This document shows, one piece after another, positions 49,912 through 61,369 of a stretch of DNA of 64,000 nucleotides. Numbering within the stretch: the first letter of the stretch is position 1; every line of letters begins with the position of its first letter. A model generated the notes under the pieces. It had not been told where the DNA came from and made no database searches. It saw only the letters and a program-made list of their open reading frames with translations. This DNA comes from Centroscyllium fabricii (Eukaryota), in assembly GCA_051313645.2 (NCBI GenBank), contig JBNRSN020000019.1:16988001-17052000 (forward strand), in the 5' to 3' direction. The position numbers were made by a program, and so were the translations under genes.

Positions 49912-51458
49912 TTCAAAAATGTTTAAGTTATTAAAATTGACGTATCGTCAATATCTCTTAATAAAAGACTGGACGAGTAGTTACCGTAACTATAGGCTTT
50001 TAATAACTTACTTTGGAGCTACCCTCCGAACGAACATCAGAACAGAATGAGGGAGCCTCGGTCAGTCCGCACCTATAAAGGCCTCACCTGGGGGAGGAGT
50101 TAGAGGTGTGGCTGACCTGGCTCCACGACAGTGTTACAGGCTGTGTATCACACACAGCCAATTGTTGGCAACAATAATTCAGTGGTACATATACATATTA
50201 TGGGTTACCACACAGGGCAGTCAGGGTGATTTGTGCCGGACGTTCGAAGTTGCCGGCTTTTCGGGCAACTGATTAACGGTGTTCAACCTGTATTAAAAAT
50301 GAGTTAAACTGTCTGTACAGCAATGCACACAGTGTCCATAATAAAGCAGGGAAATTGGAGACAATAATACGTTGCGAGGAACCAGACATAGTAGGGATTA
50401 CTGAGACATGGCTACAGAAAAACCAGGACTGGGAATTAAACCTTGCAGGGTAGAACATATTTAGAAAAGATGGCGAGGGAAAAAGTAAAGGTGGAGCAGC
50501 TGTATTTATTAGCGATAAGATAATGGCAGTCGAAAAAAGTGATGCAGCAATCAGCAAGACAAAAATAGAATCCATATGGTTAGAGATAAAAGATAATAAA
50601 GGATCAATCCCACTAATATGGGTAGTCTACAGTCCACTTAATACTGGAAGGGAGGTGGAGGAAGAAATAGGCAAACAAATTAAGGAAATTAGTAAAAAAC
50701 ATAGAATAATCATGGGGAGATTTCAACTACCCAGATATTAATTAGCCAGAAGAGGTAGGCAAAGGGGATAAGGGAATGGAGTTCCTACAATGTGTACAGG
50801 ACTCCTTTCTAACCCAATATGTAAAAAGCCCAACAAGGGAGAATTCGCTATTGGATCTAGTAATGGGGAACGAACCAGAGCAGTTAAGAGAAGTAAAAGT
50901 AGGGGAACATCTAGGCAGTAGTGACTATAATCTAATACACTTTAAGAAAATAACTGAGAAGGACATAAGCATGACTAATACCAGGGTAATAGATTGGAGA
51001 AAAGCTGATTTTGAGGGGCTGAGAATAGAACTTGGGAAAATAAAATGGATAACAATATTGGCAAACAATGATGTAGAACAGCAGTGGGAAACATTTATAA
51101 CAGTTTTCAACAGAGTCCGGGGAAAATATATTCCACTAAAAAACAAGAACAAGCTCAACGCTAATGAAACATCGTGGATGAATAAAGCCATCGAGGGTAA
51201 GGAAAGAGGTGTGCACCAAGTACATGGACAGCAAGGAGAGCATGACAAGAGAGAACACAAAGAGGTTAGGAGAGAAGTCAAAAAAAATTAGGAAGGCAAA
51301 GAGGAACTACGGAATTACATTATCAAGGAACATAAAACAAAAGAGTAAAATATTTTACAGGCACATAAATAAAAAAAAGTTGCGATGAGAATAGGGCCAC
51401 AAAGGGATGTACAAGAGAATATCACAGGCAGCGAAAGAGATGGCAGAAATACTAAATA

Positions 51459-51764
51459 TAGGTAAACAACCCCTTATCCGCAAATCCGAAATTTGAAAAC
51501 AAAGTTTTTTCGTGGAGCGTCACTCATGTGCACGACATGACCCGAGTTGCGCTAAACATGACCCGACGCGGCCGACGCTTGACCCACGCAGGTGTGAGGT
51601 GTCAGTTGTGTCTCAGCGCTGCTACCAGTCTGCTGCCGTGATATTTTTTTGTTATTTTGTGATTTTGAGTTTAATTTCACCGTGAAAATCGCAAAATTCC
51701 GAAATCCGAAAAATTCCGAAATACATCTGGTCCCAAGGGTTTCGGATAAGGGGTTGTGCACCTG
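51459..51764. mobile_element. Tc1/mariner-pogo-type MITE of a different subfamily, inside CR1 ORF2
   Basis: TIR ACAACCCCTTATCCG / CGGATAAGGGGTTGT with TA flanks. Confidence 0.8.
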
Positions 51765-53599
51765 TAATTACTTCCCTTCAGAATTTACCACAGGTGGACA
51801 TGACATCAGATGATGAGATTAGAAATGAGTTAACTGTATTTAAAATAGCGAAAAACATTATATAATCTAATCAAATTCAAAGAGGTTAAAACCCCTGCTC
51901 CAGACAGATTACATCCGTGCATTTTAAAAGAATCTAGGGAAGAGATGGCAGAGGCATTACTACACATACTTAATAATTCATTAGAACAAGGTGTAGTGCC
52001 ACAGGACTGGCGGATAGCTAACATAATACCTATATTCAAAAGGTCATGATGTGGAGGTGCCGGTGTTGGACTGGGGTGGACAATTGTCACCCCAGCCACA
52101 GTCTGTTCGCCCCCCTGCCCTCCGGGAGACGCTACAGATCAATTTGCACCCGCACGACTAGATTTAAGAACAGCTTCTTTCCCAGGGCTGTCAGCCTCCT
52201 GAACTCTAAAAAGAAACTCCGGTACCTGCACACCTGAAAATGTACTTTACTGTATGCAATTTGCATGTAATTTATTTGCACTACTCTCGGGAGCGGCGAG
52301 TCTTCGTCTCGTTGCATTGTACTAGTACTCTGCAATGACAATAAAACTTGAATTGAATTGAATTGTAAGAAGTCACAACACACCAGGTTATAGTCCAACA
52401 GTTTTATTTGAAATCACAAGCTTTTGGAGCGCTGCTCCTTCGTCAGGTGTATGTGAAAGAGATTCATTTAAACACAGCATATACAGAAACCAAAAATGTA
52501 ATAATGAATAGTCAACATGGATTTCAAAAGGGAAAGTCTTGCTTGACTAACCTCACTGAATTTTTTGAAGAGGTAACAGAGAGAATAGACAATTCAGTAG
52601 ATGTAACTTATCTGGATTTTCAAAAGGCCTTCGATAAAGTACCCCATAATAGACTGATGAACAAGGTCAGAGAATGCGGAGTCAGGGGACAAGGAGCAGA
52701 ATGGGTAGCTAGCTGGCTTCAGGACAGAAAGCAGAGAGTAGGGGTAAAGGGTAGCTATTCAGAGTGGCAGAAGGTGGGCAGTGGTGTTCCACAAGGATCA
52801 GTGCTGGGACCACTGTTGATCACAATTTACATTAACGATTTAGATTTTGGAATCAAAAACACAATTTCTAAATTTGCAGATGACACCAGATTGGGAGGGG
52901 ATAGTCAATACTGAGGAGGACTGCAACAAATTACATTAATAAACTTGCAGAATGGGCATATAATTGGCAAATGAAGTTCAATACAGATAAATGTGAGGTA
53001 AGAAAAAAAGGGAGGTCACAGATCACTTGGAAAATACAAATCTAAATGAGGCAGAAGAGCAAAGGGATCTCAGAGTACAAATCACTAGAAGTAGCGACAC
53101 AGGTTAACAAGGCTATAAAATAAGAAAACCAAGCACTAGGGTTTATTTCTAGAGGGATAGAATTGAAAAGCAGAGAAGTTATGTTTACCTTGGTTAGTCC
53201 ACACTTGGAGTACTGCGTACAATTCTGGTCAGCATATTATAAAAAGGAGATAGGGGCACTGGAGAGGGTCTAAAAACGATTTACAAAGATGATACCAGAA
53301 ATGCAAGGTATACCATCAGGAAAGGATGAACAGGCTGGGTCTCTTTTCTCTTGAAAAGAGAAGGCTGAGGGGTGACTGAATAGAGGTCTTTAAAATTATG
53401 AAAGGTTTTGATAGAGTGGATAGAGAGAGAATGTTTCCACTTGTGGGGAAGAGCAAAACTAGAGACCATCAATATAAGATAGTCACCAAGAAATCCAAAA
53501 GGGAATTCAGAAGAAACTTCTTTACCCAGAGAGTGGTGAGAATGTGGAACTCTCTCCCACAGGGAGTGGTTGAGGTGAATAGTACTGGTGCAAATTCAT

Positions 53600-55300
53600 G
53601 AACTCATTTCTTTTATCTGGAAGGAGCGGCGCATGCCAGGGGGATCTCAGAGCCGCCATAATTGTGACCATTTTCAAGAAAGGTGACAAGTCCGATTGCA
53701 GTAATTACAGAGGAGTTTCCCTGCTCTCTGCCACAGGGAAAGTCATTCAATTCAATTCAAGTTTTATTGTCATTGCAGAGTACTAGTACAATACAACGAG
53801 ACGAAGACTCGACTCTCCCGAGAGTAGTGTAGACAAAAGAAATAAATTACATAAATAAATTGCATACAGTAAAGTTCATTATCAGGCGTGCAGGTACCGG
53901 AGTTTCTTTTTAGAGTTCAGGAGGCTGACAGCCCTGGGGAAGAAGCTGTTCTGAAATCTAGTCGTGCGGGTGCAAATTGCTCTGTAGCGTCTCCCGGAGG
54001 GCAGAGGGGCGAACAGACTGTGGCTGGGGTGTGTGGGGTCTTTTATAATGTTCATAGACCTCCGTAAGCAGCGTTTGAGGTAGATGCTTTCCACTGACGG
54101 TAGCTGTGTACCGGTAATTCGTTGGGCAGTTTTGACTACCCGCTGCAGGGTTTTCCGGTCCGAGATAGTGCAATTACCATACCAGACAGTGATGCAGCTT
54201 GTCAGTATGCTTTCTATTGTGCAGCGGTAGAAGTTGGAGAGGATGCCGGATGACAGCCTGGCTTTCTTCAGCTTCCTAAGGAAGTACAGGCGCTGTTGGG
54301 CCTTCTTAACCAGAGAGGAGGTGTTTAGTGACCAGGAGAGATCTTCCGAGATGTGGACCCCGAGGAACTTGAAGCTGGACACCCTTTCCACCTCAGCCCC
54401 TTGGATGAAGATGGGTGTGTGTCTTCTGCTTCCAGTCCTCCGGAAGTCCACTATGATCTCCTTCGTTTTCTTGGTGTTCAGTGCCAGGTTGTTGTCGGCA
54501 CACCAACCCACAAGGTGCTGGATCTCATCCCTGTAGGCTGACTCGTCGTTGTTGGTGATCTGGCCAACCACCGTGGTGTCATCCGCGAACTTGATGATCG
54601 TGTTGGAGCCATGGACAGCCGCACAGTCGTGAGTGAAGAGGGAGTAGAGGAGGGGGCTGAGCACACATCGCTAGAATCATCCTCAATCGCCTTCTCCCAG
54701 TGGCCGAAGAGCTCCTCCCAGAGTCGCAATGCGGATTCCGTCCACGAAGGGGCACAATGGACATGATCTTCACTGCATGTCAATTACAAGAGAAATGCAG
54801 GGAACAGCGCCAACCGCTGTACATGGCCTTTGAACTCACAAAGGCCTTCGACACTGTCAACCGTGAGGGATTATGGAGTGTCCTCCTCAAATTCGGCAGC
54901 CCTCAAAGGTTTGTCACCATCCTCCGCCTGCTTCACGACGACATGCAGGCTGTGATCCTGACTAACGGTTCCACCACAGACCCAATTCACGTACGAACCA
55001 GGGTCAAACAAGGCTGTCTCATCGCACCAACGCTCTTCTCAATTTTCCTTGCTGCAATGCTCCATCTCACCCTCAGTAAGCTCCCCACTCGAGTCTCTTC
55101 ACCGGGAGCAAGCGGAAGCCAAGCGCAGGCAGTGCAAGGAGCACACGTCAACCCAAGCACCCCCACCCACCCGTTCAATCGCCATCTGCCCCACCTGTGA
55201 CAGAGACTGTAGGTCCCACATTGGACTCATCAGTCACCTGAGAACTCATTTTTAATATGGAAGCAAGTCACCCTCGGTTCCGAGGAACTGCCCAAGAAGA
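53600..55300 (+). mobile_element. RTE (BovB-like) LINE fragment split by the Rex1 insertion
   Basis: KKGDKSDCSNYRGVSLLS and LLPESQCGFR...LQEKCREQ...VKQGC; C-terminal CPTCDRDCRSHIGLISHLRTH. Another RTE 3' end lies at about 21150-21470 (-). Confidence 0.88.
53746..54668 (-). mobile_element. Rex1/Babar LINE 3' fragment with a (GAATT)n tail, inserted in an RTE fragment
   Basis: LSPLLYSLFTHDC...IKFADDTTVVG...KKAQQRLYFLR; open 260-aa frame. Other copies at 2908-3085, 38037-40470 and 52086-52364. Confidence 0.92.
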
Positions 55301-55767
55301 AGATAGATGCATTTAAGGGGAGACTAGATAAGCATGAGGGAGAAGAGAAGAGGGTTATGCTGATAGAGTTAGAGGAGGAAAGATGGGAGGAGGCTCGAGT
55401 GGAGCATAAATGCCAGCATGGACTGGTTGGGCCGAATGGCCTGTTTCTGTGCTGTATATCCTGGCCTCTTTCTGTGCTGTATATCCTATATAATCCTATG
55501 TAATATCAGAAATCCATGAACCTGGTCATGTCACCTGGAGACCAGTTAGTTAATGGGCTAATTTTTAAACAAATGCTCATTGGCTTTATCCTTGGATATT
55601 TTGATGCCGCCCAAGGAGACGTAAAAGGGGAGGGAAAAAAAGGGTCTGGGTAGTACTTCAAAGTACCCCAACATTCTATATTCAAAATACTTGAACTTAT
55701 CTTCTTTTAAATATACAGGCTGGGTCCTCTGCTTACCCAGCCAGTGAGAAGCTTTCCTGGGGTTGGG

Positions 55768-56166
55768 AGGCACGGTGGCATAGTGGTTAGCACTGTTGCC
55801 TCACAGCACTGGAGACCCGGGTTCAAATCCAGCCTCGGGTACTATCTGTGTGGAGTTTGCACATTCTCCCCGTGTCTGTGTGGGTTTCCTCCGGGTGCTC
55901 CGGTTTCCTCCCACAGTCCAAAGATGTGCGGGTTAGGTTGATTGGCCAGGATAAATTGACCCTTAGTGTTAGGGGGATTGAATATGTGGGGTTACAGGGA
56001 TAGGGTGGGATGTGTGTCAGTGCAGGCTCGATAGGGATCGAGGGATGTGGGGACAAGGCAGGGACGGGGTGCTGGGTTTGGATGATCAGCCATGATCTCA
56101 TTGAATGGCGGAGCAGGCTCGAAGGGCCAAATGGCCTACTCCTGCTCCTATCTTCTATGTTTCTAT
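55768..56166 (+). mobile_element. HE1-type V-SINE (tRNA head, V domain, CR1-derived tail)
   Basis: A/B boxes (GGTGGCATAGTGG, GGTTCAAATCC), V-domain GGGTTTCCTCCGGGTGCTCCGGTTTCCTCCCAC, and a tail shared with CR1. Other copies at 16647, 19610, 34795, 35146 (-), 42607 and 59220. Confidence 0.88.
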
Positions 56167-56794
56167 CAGCTCAAGGTTGATCTGAAATCAGGTTGTCCTT
56201 TGTATTCATAGAGTTATACAGCACAGAAAGTGGCCCTTCGGCCCATCGTGTCTGCGCCGGGCATCAAGCCCAGTCTATTCTAATCCCATTTCCCAGCACT
56301 TGGTCCGTAGCCTTGTAGGCTATTGCATTTCAAGTGCTCATCTAAATGCTTCTTGAATGTTGTGAGGGTTCCTGCCTCTACCACCCTTTCAGGCAGTGAG
56401 TTCCAGATTCCAACCACCCTCTGGGTGAAAAAGTTCTTCCTCAAATCCCCTCTAAACCTCCTGCCCCTTACCTTGAAACTATGTTCCCTGGTTATTGACC
56501 CCTCTACTAAGGGAAAAAGTTCCTATCTACCCTATCTATGCCCCTCATAATTTTGTACACCTCAATCTGGTCCCCCCTCAGCCTTCTCTGCTCCAAGGAA
56601 AACAACCCCAGCCTGTCCAGTCTTTCTTCATCGCTGAAGCGCTCCAGGCAGCATCCTGGTGAATCTCCTCTGCACCCTTTCCAAAGCAATCACATCATTC
56701 CTATAGTGCGGCGACCGGAACTGCACACAGTACTCCAGCTGTGGCCTTACCAGCGTTTTGTACAGCTCCATCATAACCTCCCTGCTCTTATATA

Positions 56795-57308
56795 GGGGGA
56801 GGCGGTGGCGCAGTGGTTATGTCACTTGACTAGTAAGCCAGAGGCTCAGTCAAATGCTCTGAGGATATGGGTTCAAATCCCACCACGGCAGCTGGTGGAA
56901 TTTAAATTCAATTCAATTTAATTCTGGAATTAAATGTTAGTCTTAGTAATGGCGACCATGATACCATTGTCGATTGTTGCAAAAACCCATCAGGTTCACT
57001 AATGTCCTTTAGGGAAGGAAATCTGCCGTCCTTACCTGGTCTGGCCTACATGTGACTCCAGACCCACAGCAATGTGGTTGACTCTTAATGCCCTCTGAAA
57101 TGGCCTAGCAAGCCACTCAGTTGTAAACAACCGCTAACTCCCTTCCTAACAACATTGTGGGTGTACCTACACCATATGGACTGCAGTGGTTCAAGAAGGT
57201 GGCTCACCACCATCTTCTCAAGGGCAATTAGGGATGGGCACTAAATGCAGGCCTAGCCAGCCAGCGACGCCCACATCCCATCAATGAATTAAAAATAAAA
57301 TAAAAAAA
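56795..57308 (+). mobile_element. tRNA-derived SINE with an L2/CR1-group tail, inserted in a CR1 (about 56205-57365, -)
   Basis: A/B boxes GGTGGCGCAGTGG and GGTTCAAATCC. The 3' part matches the LINE tail at about 43350-43520. Confidence 0.7.
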
Positions 57309-57510
57309 TATTCTATGCCTCGGCGAATTAAGGCAAGTATCCCATATGCCTTTTTAACCGCCTTATTCAATGGGGCGGATCTAAATTCATCCCTATTGGT
57401 GACACCAGGGAGCTGCTGACTAGCAAGGAGGATATGTGATCTGCTCTAGCAAAATTTCATTTGTTGTTTTCAAAAAGCTGCATAATTTTTACTTTCCTCC
57501 CCCTTTAATA

Positions 57511-57762
57511 CAGGTGGGGAACCGTTAATCCGGCACCAGATAAATCTGCACCTTCAGTGGTCCGGCATGAGTCCCGCTGGCCAGCCCACGTGATCCCAGG
57601 GACGCTTGCGATGCATGGGCCTCTCCCCGACTGGTCTGCACATGCGCGGTGGCCATTTTGAATGGTCTGCGCATGCGCTACCCGAACTTTCAGTGGTTTG
57701 GATTTTTCAGTGGTCCGGCACCGGCCTGGTCCCGAAGGTGCCGGTTAACGGTGCACAACATG
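57511..57762. mobile_element. pogo/Tigger-like MITE (short, diverged)
   Basis: CAGGTGGGGAACCGTTAATCCGGCACC ... GGTGCCGGTTAACGGTGCACAAC. Confidence 0.75.
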
Positions 57763-58381
57763 AACATTACCAGAATGTGCTGGGAGCCTTTTAAAATGTG
57801 TAATATTCACACCACCAGGTGATCTGTTCCCAGGCCACTGTAAACTGTGGAAGGCACAACCAACGACTGGAGCATACCGGGAAATGTGATCTTATCATTC
57901 CCACCGAGACTAGGACATTTACAGTCACGGTTACTTTTTTAACCAATTTAATTTCACCGCCTCAAAATCTTGTTTTCACAGAAGATACTGAAATACCCAG
58001 TTTTGTCCTCAATTCCTTTCCCTTCCCCATTGCATAGAAACATAGAAGATAGGAGCAGGAAGAGGTCATTCGGCCCCTCGAGCCTGCTCCGCCATTCAAT
58101 GCGATCATGGCTGATCATCCAAATTCAATACCCTGTTCCTGCTTTCTCCCCATATCACTTGATCCCTTTAGCCTTAAGAAATATATCTAACTCTTTCTTG
58201 AATATTTTTAATGAATTGGCCTCTACTGCCTTTTGTGGTAGAGAATTCCACAGGTTCACCACTCTCTGGGTGAAGAAATTCCTCCTCATCTCTGTCCTAA
58301 ATGGCTTACCCCTTATCCTTAGACTGTGACCCCTGGTTCTGGACTCCCCTGTGCTCAAAATGAGCTCTAAATCCAAAATAC

Positions 58382-58523
58382 CTTCTGAGGTTATAGACAG
58401 CTTGTTGTCGCTGGAACTCAAGTTGATTTCCCTTAGTTGGGTGCAGATCTGAAGCATGATCAACCCATGATCTGTAATGTCACAGTCGCGGAGGTCCAGT
58501 TTCTGGAGTCCTGGGTGCAAAAC
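58382..58523 (-). CDS. AMN1: AMN1 exon 3 (142 nt)
   Basis: Acceptor atgcag|, frame VLHPGLQKLDLRDCDITDHGL...LREINLSSSDNKLSITSE(G), donor |gtattt. Cysteine-containing LRR pattern. Confidence 0.92.
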
Positions 58524-59701
58524 CTGCATGTAAATCACCTACTATCAGTACACAAGTTAATCCTGTATTGGAATGGCAAACAGATAGCAAAATACTGCGG
58601 ATGCTGGAAATCCGAAACAACAGAAAACGCCGGAGTTTTTCCGGCATTTTCTGTTGTTATTACTTCAGTGATAACTGAAACCACCCAACAAAAGAAGTGC
58701 TCTACACTGCTTAAGGTTAGATTGCAGAGTTCTTGTGGGTGAAGCAGCGCAAGAGCACAGAAGTTATTCAGGAAGAATTTCATTGCTCCACCAATAGCAT
58801 AGTAGGTAAAAACTTATGCACACAGTCTAGAAGATCTCTGGAGCAAAGCACTTTTGGGGGGGGGGGGGGGGGGCAGATAACTAAAATTTGCCTCACACAC
58901 TGGGGCGGGGGGGGGGGAATGAGGGCTCCCCTCCTGATTGCTATATAGTGAGTACTGGTGGAAAGTGTGCATGCATGGGCACTGGGTGAGGACACGATCA
59001 GGCTTTGCTGTGATGCCACATCCACCCAACACTTCGGACAGCTGTCAACACCACTGTCCAGGTTCACAGATAATGAATGGCACCCAGGTAAACTATTCCC
59101 CCATCCCCACAGAACGCCTTTGCCGTCTCTTCACAGCACGGACACTGGCACCAGGTGGTTGTAACTAGCAGCACCAACGCCTCCAATGGCAAAGCTGTTG
59201 TTAGAAGCAACCCTGTAAGGACGACACGGTGGCGCAGTGGTTAGCACTGCTGCCTCGCAATAAGGAGCTCCTGGGTTCGAATCCTGCTTGGCCCGGGACC
59301 TCTCTGCGTGGAGTTTGCATGTTCTCCCCGTGTTAGTGTGGGTTTCTTCCGGGTATTCCGGTTTCCTCCCACCACCCAAAGACATGCAGGTTAGGTGAAT
59401 TGGAGATACTAAAAATTGCCCATGAGTATGTGTGTGAGATATAGTTCTTAGAGTTGGGGGTGTCGGGCGATATGGGGAGAGGGCAGGGACAGGGTACTGG
59501 GTTTGGATGATCAGCCATGAGCTCATTGAATGGCGGAGCAGGCTCGATGGGCTGAATGGCCTACTCCTGCTCCTATCTTCTGTGTTTCTGTAAGGATGCA
59601 TCATTACAAGAGCAGTGATCAACTGCTGGCCAAGAATGGAAAAAATATTTTATAAAAGAATCTTACCTACGTTATGTAAAACAAGCCACCTTTTTGCTCA
59701 C

Positions 59702-59834
59702 CTGTCGCATGTTCTCATCTGTAATAATCCCCTGTAAGCTCATCATTCTAATTAATTTGTCTTTCAGGTTTGGTGGCAGAGTTTGTACATCAGTGGAATA
59801 CCTCGGGAGCGACTTTACCAGAGAGCAAATACAT
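59702..59834 (-). CDS. AMN1: AMN1 exon 2 (133 nt)
   Basis: Acceptor ttccag|, frame CICSLVKSLPRYSTDVQTLPPNLKDKLIRMMSLQGIITDENMRQ, donor |gtgagc. Matches recalled AMN1 LPPNIKDRLIKIMSMQG. Confidence 0.93.
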
Positions 59835-59929
59835 CTGGAAAGGAACAAAGATATCACACGGCAAGATTATGTCCAAAATCAGAGACAAGGCACGGGGAGG
59901 GCGGAGGGGAAGGGCAAAGGATGGCCAGA

Positions 59930-60358
59930 GAGGGGGAGTGATGAGGGGCCGGGGGAAGGATGGTCAGGGGGGGCGGGGGAGTGAGGAGGGGCCGGGGGAG
60001 TGAGGAGGGGCCGGGGAGGGATGGTCAGGGGGGGCGGGGGAGTGAGGAGGGGCCGGGGGAGTGAGGAGGGGCCGGGGAGGGATGGTCAGGGGGGGCGGGG
60101 GAGTGAGGAGGGGCCGGGGGAGTGAGGAGGGGCCGGGGAGGGATGGTCAGGGGGGGCGGGGGAGTGAGGAGGGGCCGGGGGAGTGAGGAGGGGCCGGGGA
60201 GGGATGGTCAGGGGGGCGGGGGAGTGAGGAGGGGCCGGGGGAAGGATGGTCAGGGGGGGCGGGGGAGTGAGGAGGGGCCGGGGAGGGATGGTCAGGGGGG
60301 CGGGGGAGTGAGGAGGGGCCGGGGGAGTGAGGAGGGGCCGGGGGAGTAAGGAGGGGCC
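59930..60358. repeat. G-rich minisatellite in AMN1 intron 1
   Basis: Interspersed units GGGGAGTGAGGAGGGGCCG and GGGAGGGATGGTCAGGGGGGGCG, directly visible. Confidence 0.95.
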
Positions 60359-60366
60359 GCACTCAC

Positions 60367-60401
60367 AGCTGCAGCAGGGAGGTCCCGCGCGTCCCGTCCA
60401 T
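60367..60401 (-). CDS. AMN1: AMN1 exon 1 (35 nt coding; MDGTRGTSLLQL)
   Basis: ATG in the context gccgcgATGG within a CpG-rich patch, followed by donor GTGAGT. The phase-2 junction fits exon 2 and the peptide resembles the recalled AMN1 N-terminus (..SQLLDL|C). Confidence 0.8.
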
Positions 60402-60650
60402 CGCGGCCCCGGCACAACAACCGGCCCCGGGGATCCTGGGAAATGGATTCACGACCGAGCTAGGGATCATGGGAAATGTAGTCCTGTTAGCGCTGGGATT
60501 CATGGGCAATTGAGACTATAAGCGCGGGCGATCATGGGAAATGGAGTCCTTGATGCGGGGGTTCATGGGAAATGGAGTCCGAGGTGTCTGGGATGGTGAG
60601 GTTTCCAGTGAGGGATTTATATTCGAATGAAAGAGCGAGGCCGAGGCTGA
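60402..60650 (-). promoter_or_regulatory. AMN1 5'UTR/proximal promoter with about 5 ZNF143 (Staf)/THAP11-type motifs
   Basis: CpG-rich patch directly upstream of the ATG. The best site reads GACTACATTTCCCATGATCC on - (about 60464-60483), with variants near 60431, 60497, 60530 and 60561. Confidence 0.65.
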
Positions 60651-61369
60651 AAGAAACATAGAAGATAGGAGCAGGAGTAGGCCATTCGTCCCCTCGAGCC
60701 TGCTCCGCCATTCAATGAGATCATGGCTGATCATCCATTCTCAGTACCCTGTCCCTGCCTTCTCCCCATATCCCTCAATCCCGTTAGTTTTAAGAAATAT
60801 ATCCAACTTCTTGATTACATTTAACAAATTGGCATCCACTACATTCTGTGGTAGAGAATTCCACAGGTTCACCACTCTCTGGGTGAAGAAATTCCTCCTC
60901 CTCTCAGTCCTAAATAATCCATTTGAGCCGACGGTGGGCGGATCCATGGAAGCAGGCGCCCTCTCTCTTTCCAAGTAGCGAGAGGGTGCTGGCCTGGCAA
61001 TGAGTGTGCAGGCTCTCCACGGAGTCCAGGGCCTACTCCAATCCCCCTCCATGTTCTGTCATTAAAAAAGGGCAAGGTGATAAAAACGCAAACAAAATCT
61101 ATACTCACGATTATGGAGGGAATGCTCGCACCCAAAACATAACAGGCCTAAAATCGGCTCTGGCTGTTAATGCAGACATTGTTGGCGAGGTCAAGAGAAG
61201 ACAATAGGGAAGAGATTGAAAGGAGGAAGGAACTTGCATTTATATAGCACCTTTCAGGACAAGCTCCCACACAATGGTGTGCTAATGACCAGATAATCTG
61301 TTTTAGTGAAGTTGGTTGAGGGATACATATTGGCCAGAACACCAGGGAGAACTTCTATGCTTGTATTTA

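Larger units (their letters stand above)
45772..50212 (-). mobile_element. Near-complete young Gypsy (Metaviridae) LTR retrotransposon
   Basis: TG..CA ends and a 5-bp TSD CAGGG (45767-45771 / 50213-50217). 5' LTR 49938-50212; 3' LTR remnant 45772-46006 with 2 mismatches in 235 bp. Contains gag and PR-RT-RH-IN. Inserted inside a MITE. Confidence 0.96.
45343..50290. mobile_element. MITE split by the Gypsy insertion
   Basis: TA|CAGGTTGAGCACC ... GGTGTTCAACCTG|TA; the two halves join across the CAGGG TSD. Confidence 0.85.
43920..55500 (+). mobile_element. Near full-length degenerate CR1 LINE (ORF1 zinc finger/esterase, ORF2 APE+RT, 3' tail) acting as host for several nested elements
   Basis: ORF1-like CSMWEF...LRVIELE (about 44130-44240). 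ORF2 pieces GITETW, IESIWLEI, LLDLVMGN, SQHGFQKGKSCLTNL and [10 protein letters not shown]...KFADDT. The tail resumes at about 55301. Confidence 0.85.

Noticed and set aside
55768-55840. tRNA gene (A and B boxes)
   Set aside because: It is the tRNA-derived head of a multi-copy SINE and runs on into the V domain and CR1 tail.
58155-58381. ORF extension of AMN1 exon 3 into CR1 peptide
   Set aside because: This is read-through past a good GT donor into an adjacent CR1 tail; it is intronic.
58940-59210. Possible Harbinger Myb/SANT-like remnant on - (AVKRRQRR...CWVDVA)
   Set aside because: The resemblance is too weak to support without a profile search.
60086-60415. Pro-rich and Gly/Arg-rich ORFs near AMN1 exon 1
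   Set aside because: These are translation artefacts of the G-rich intronic minisatellite.
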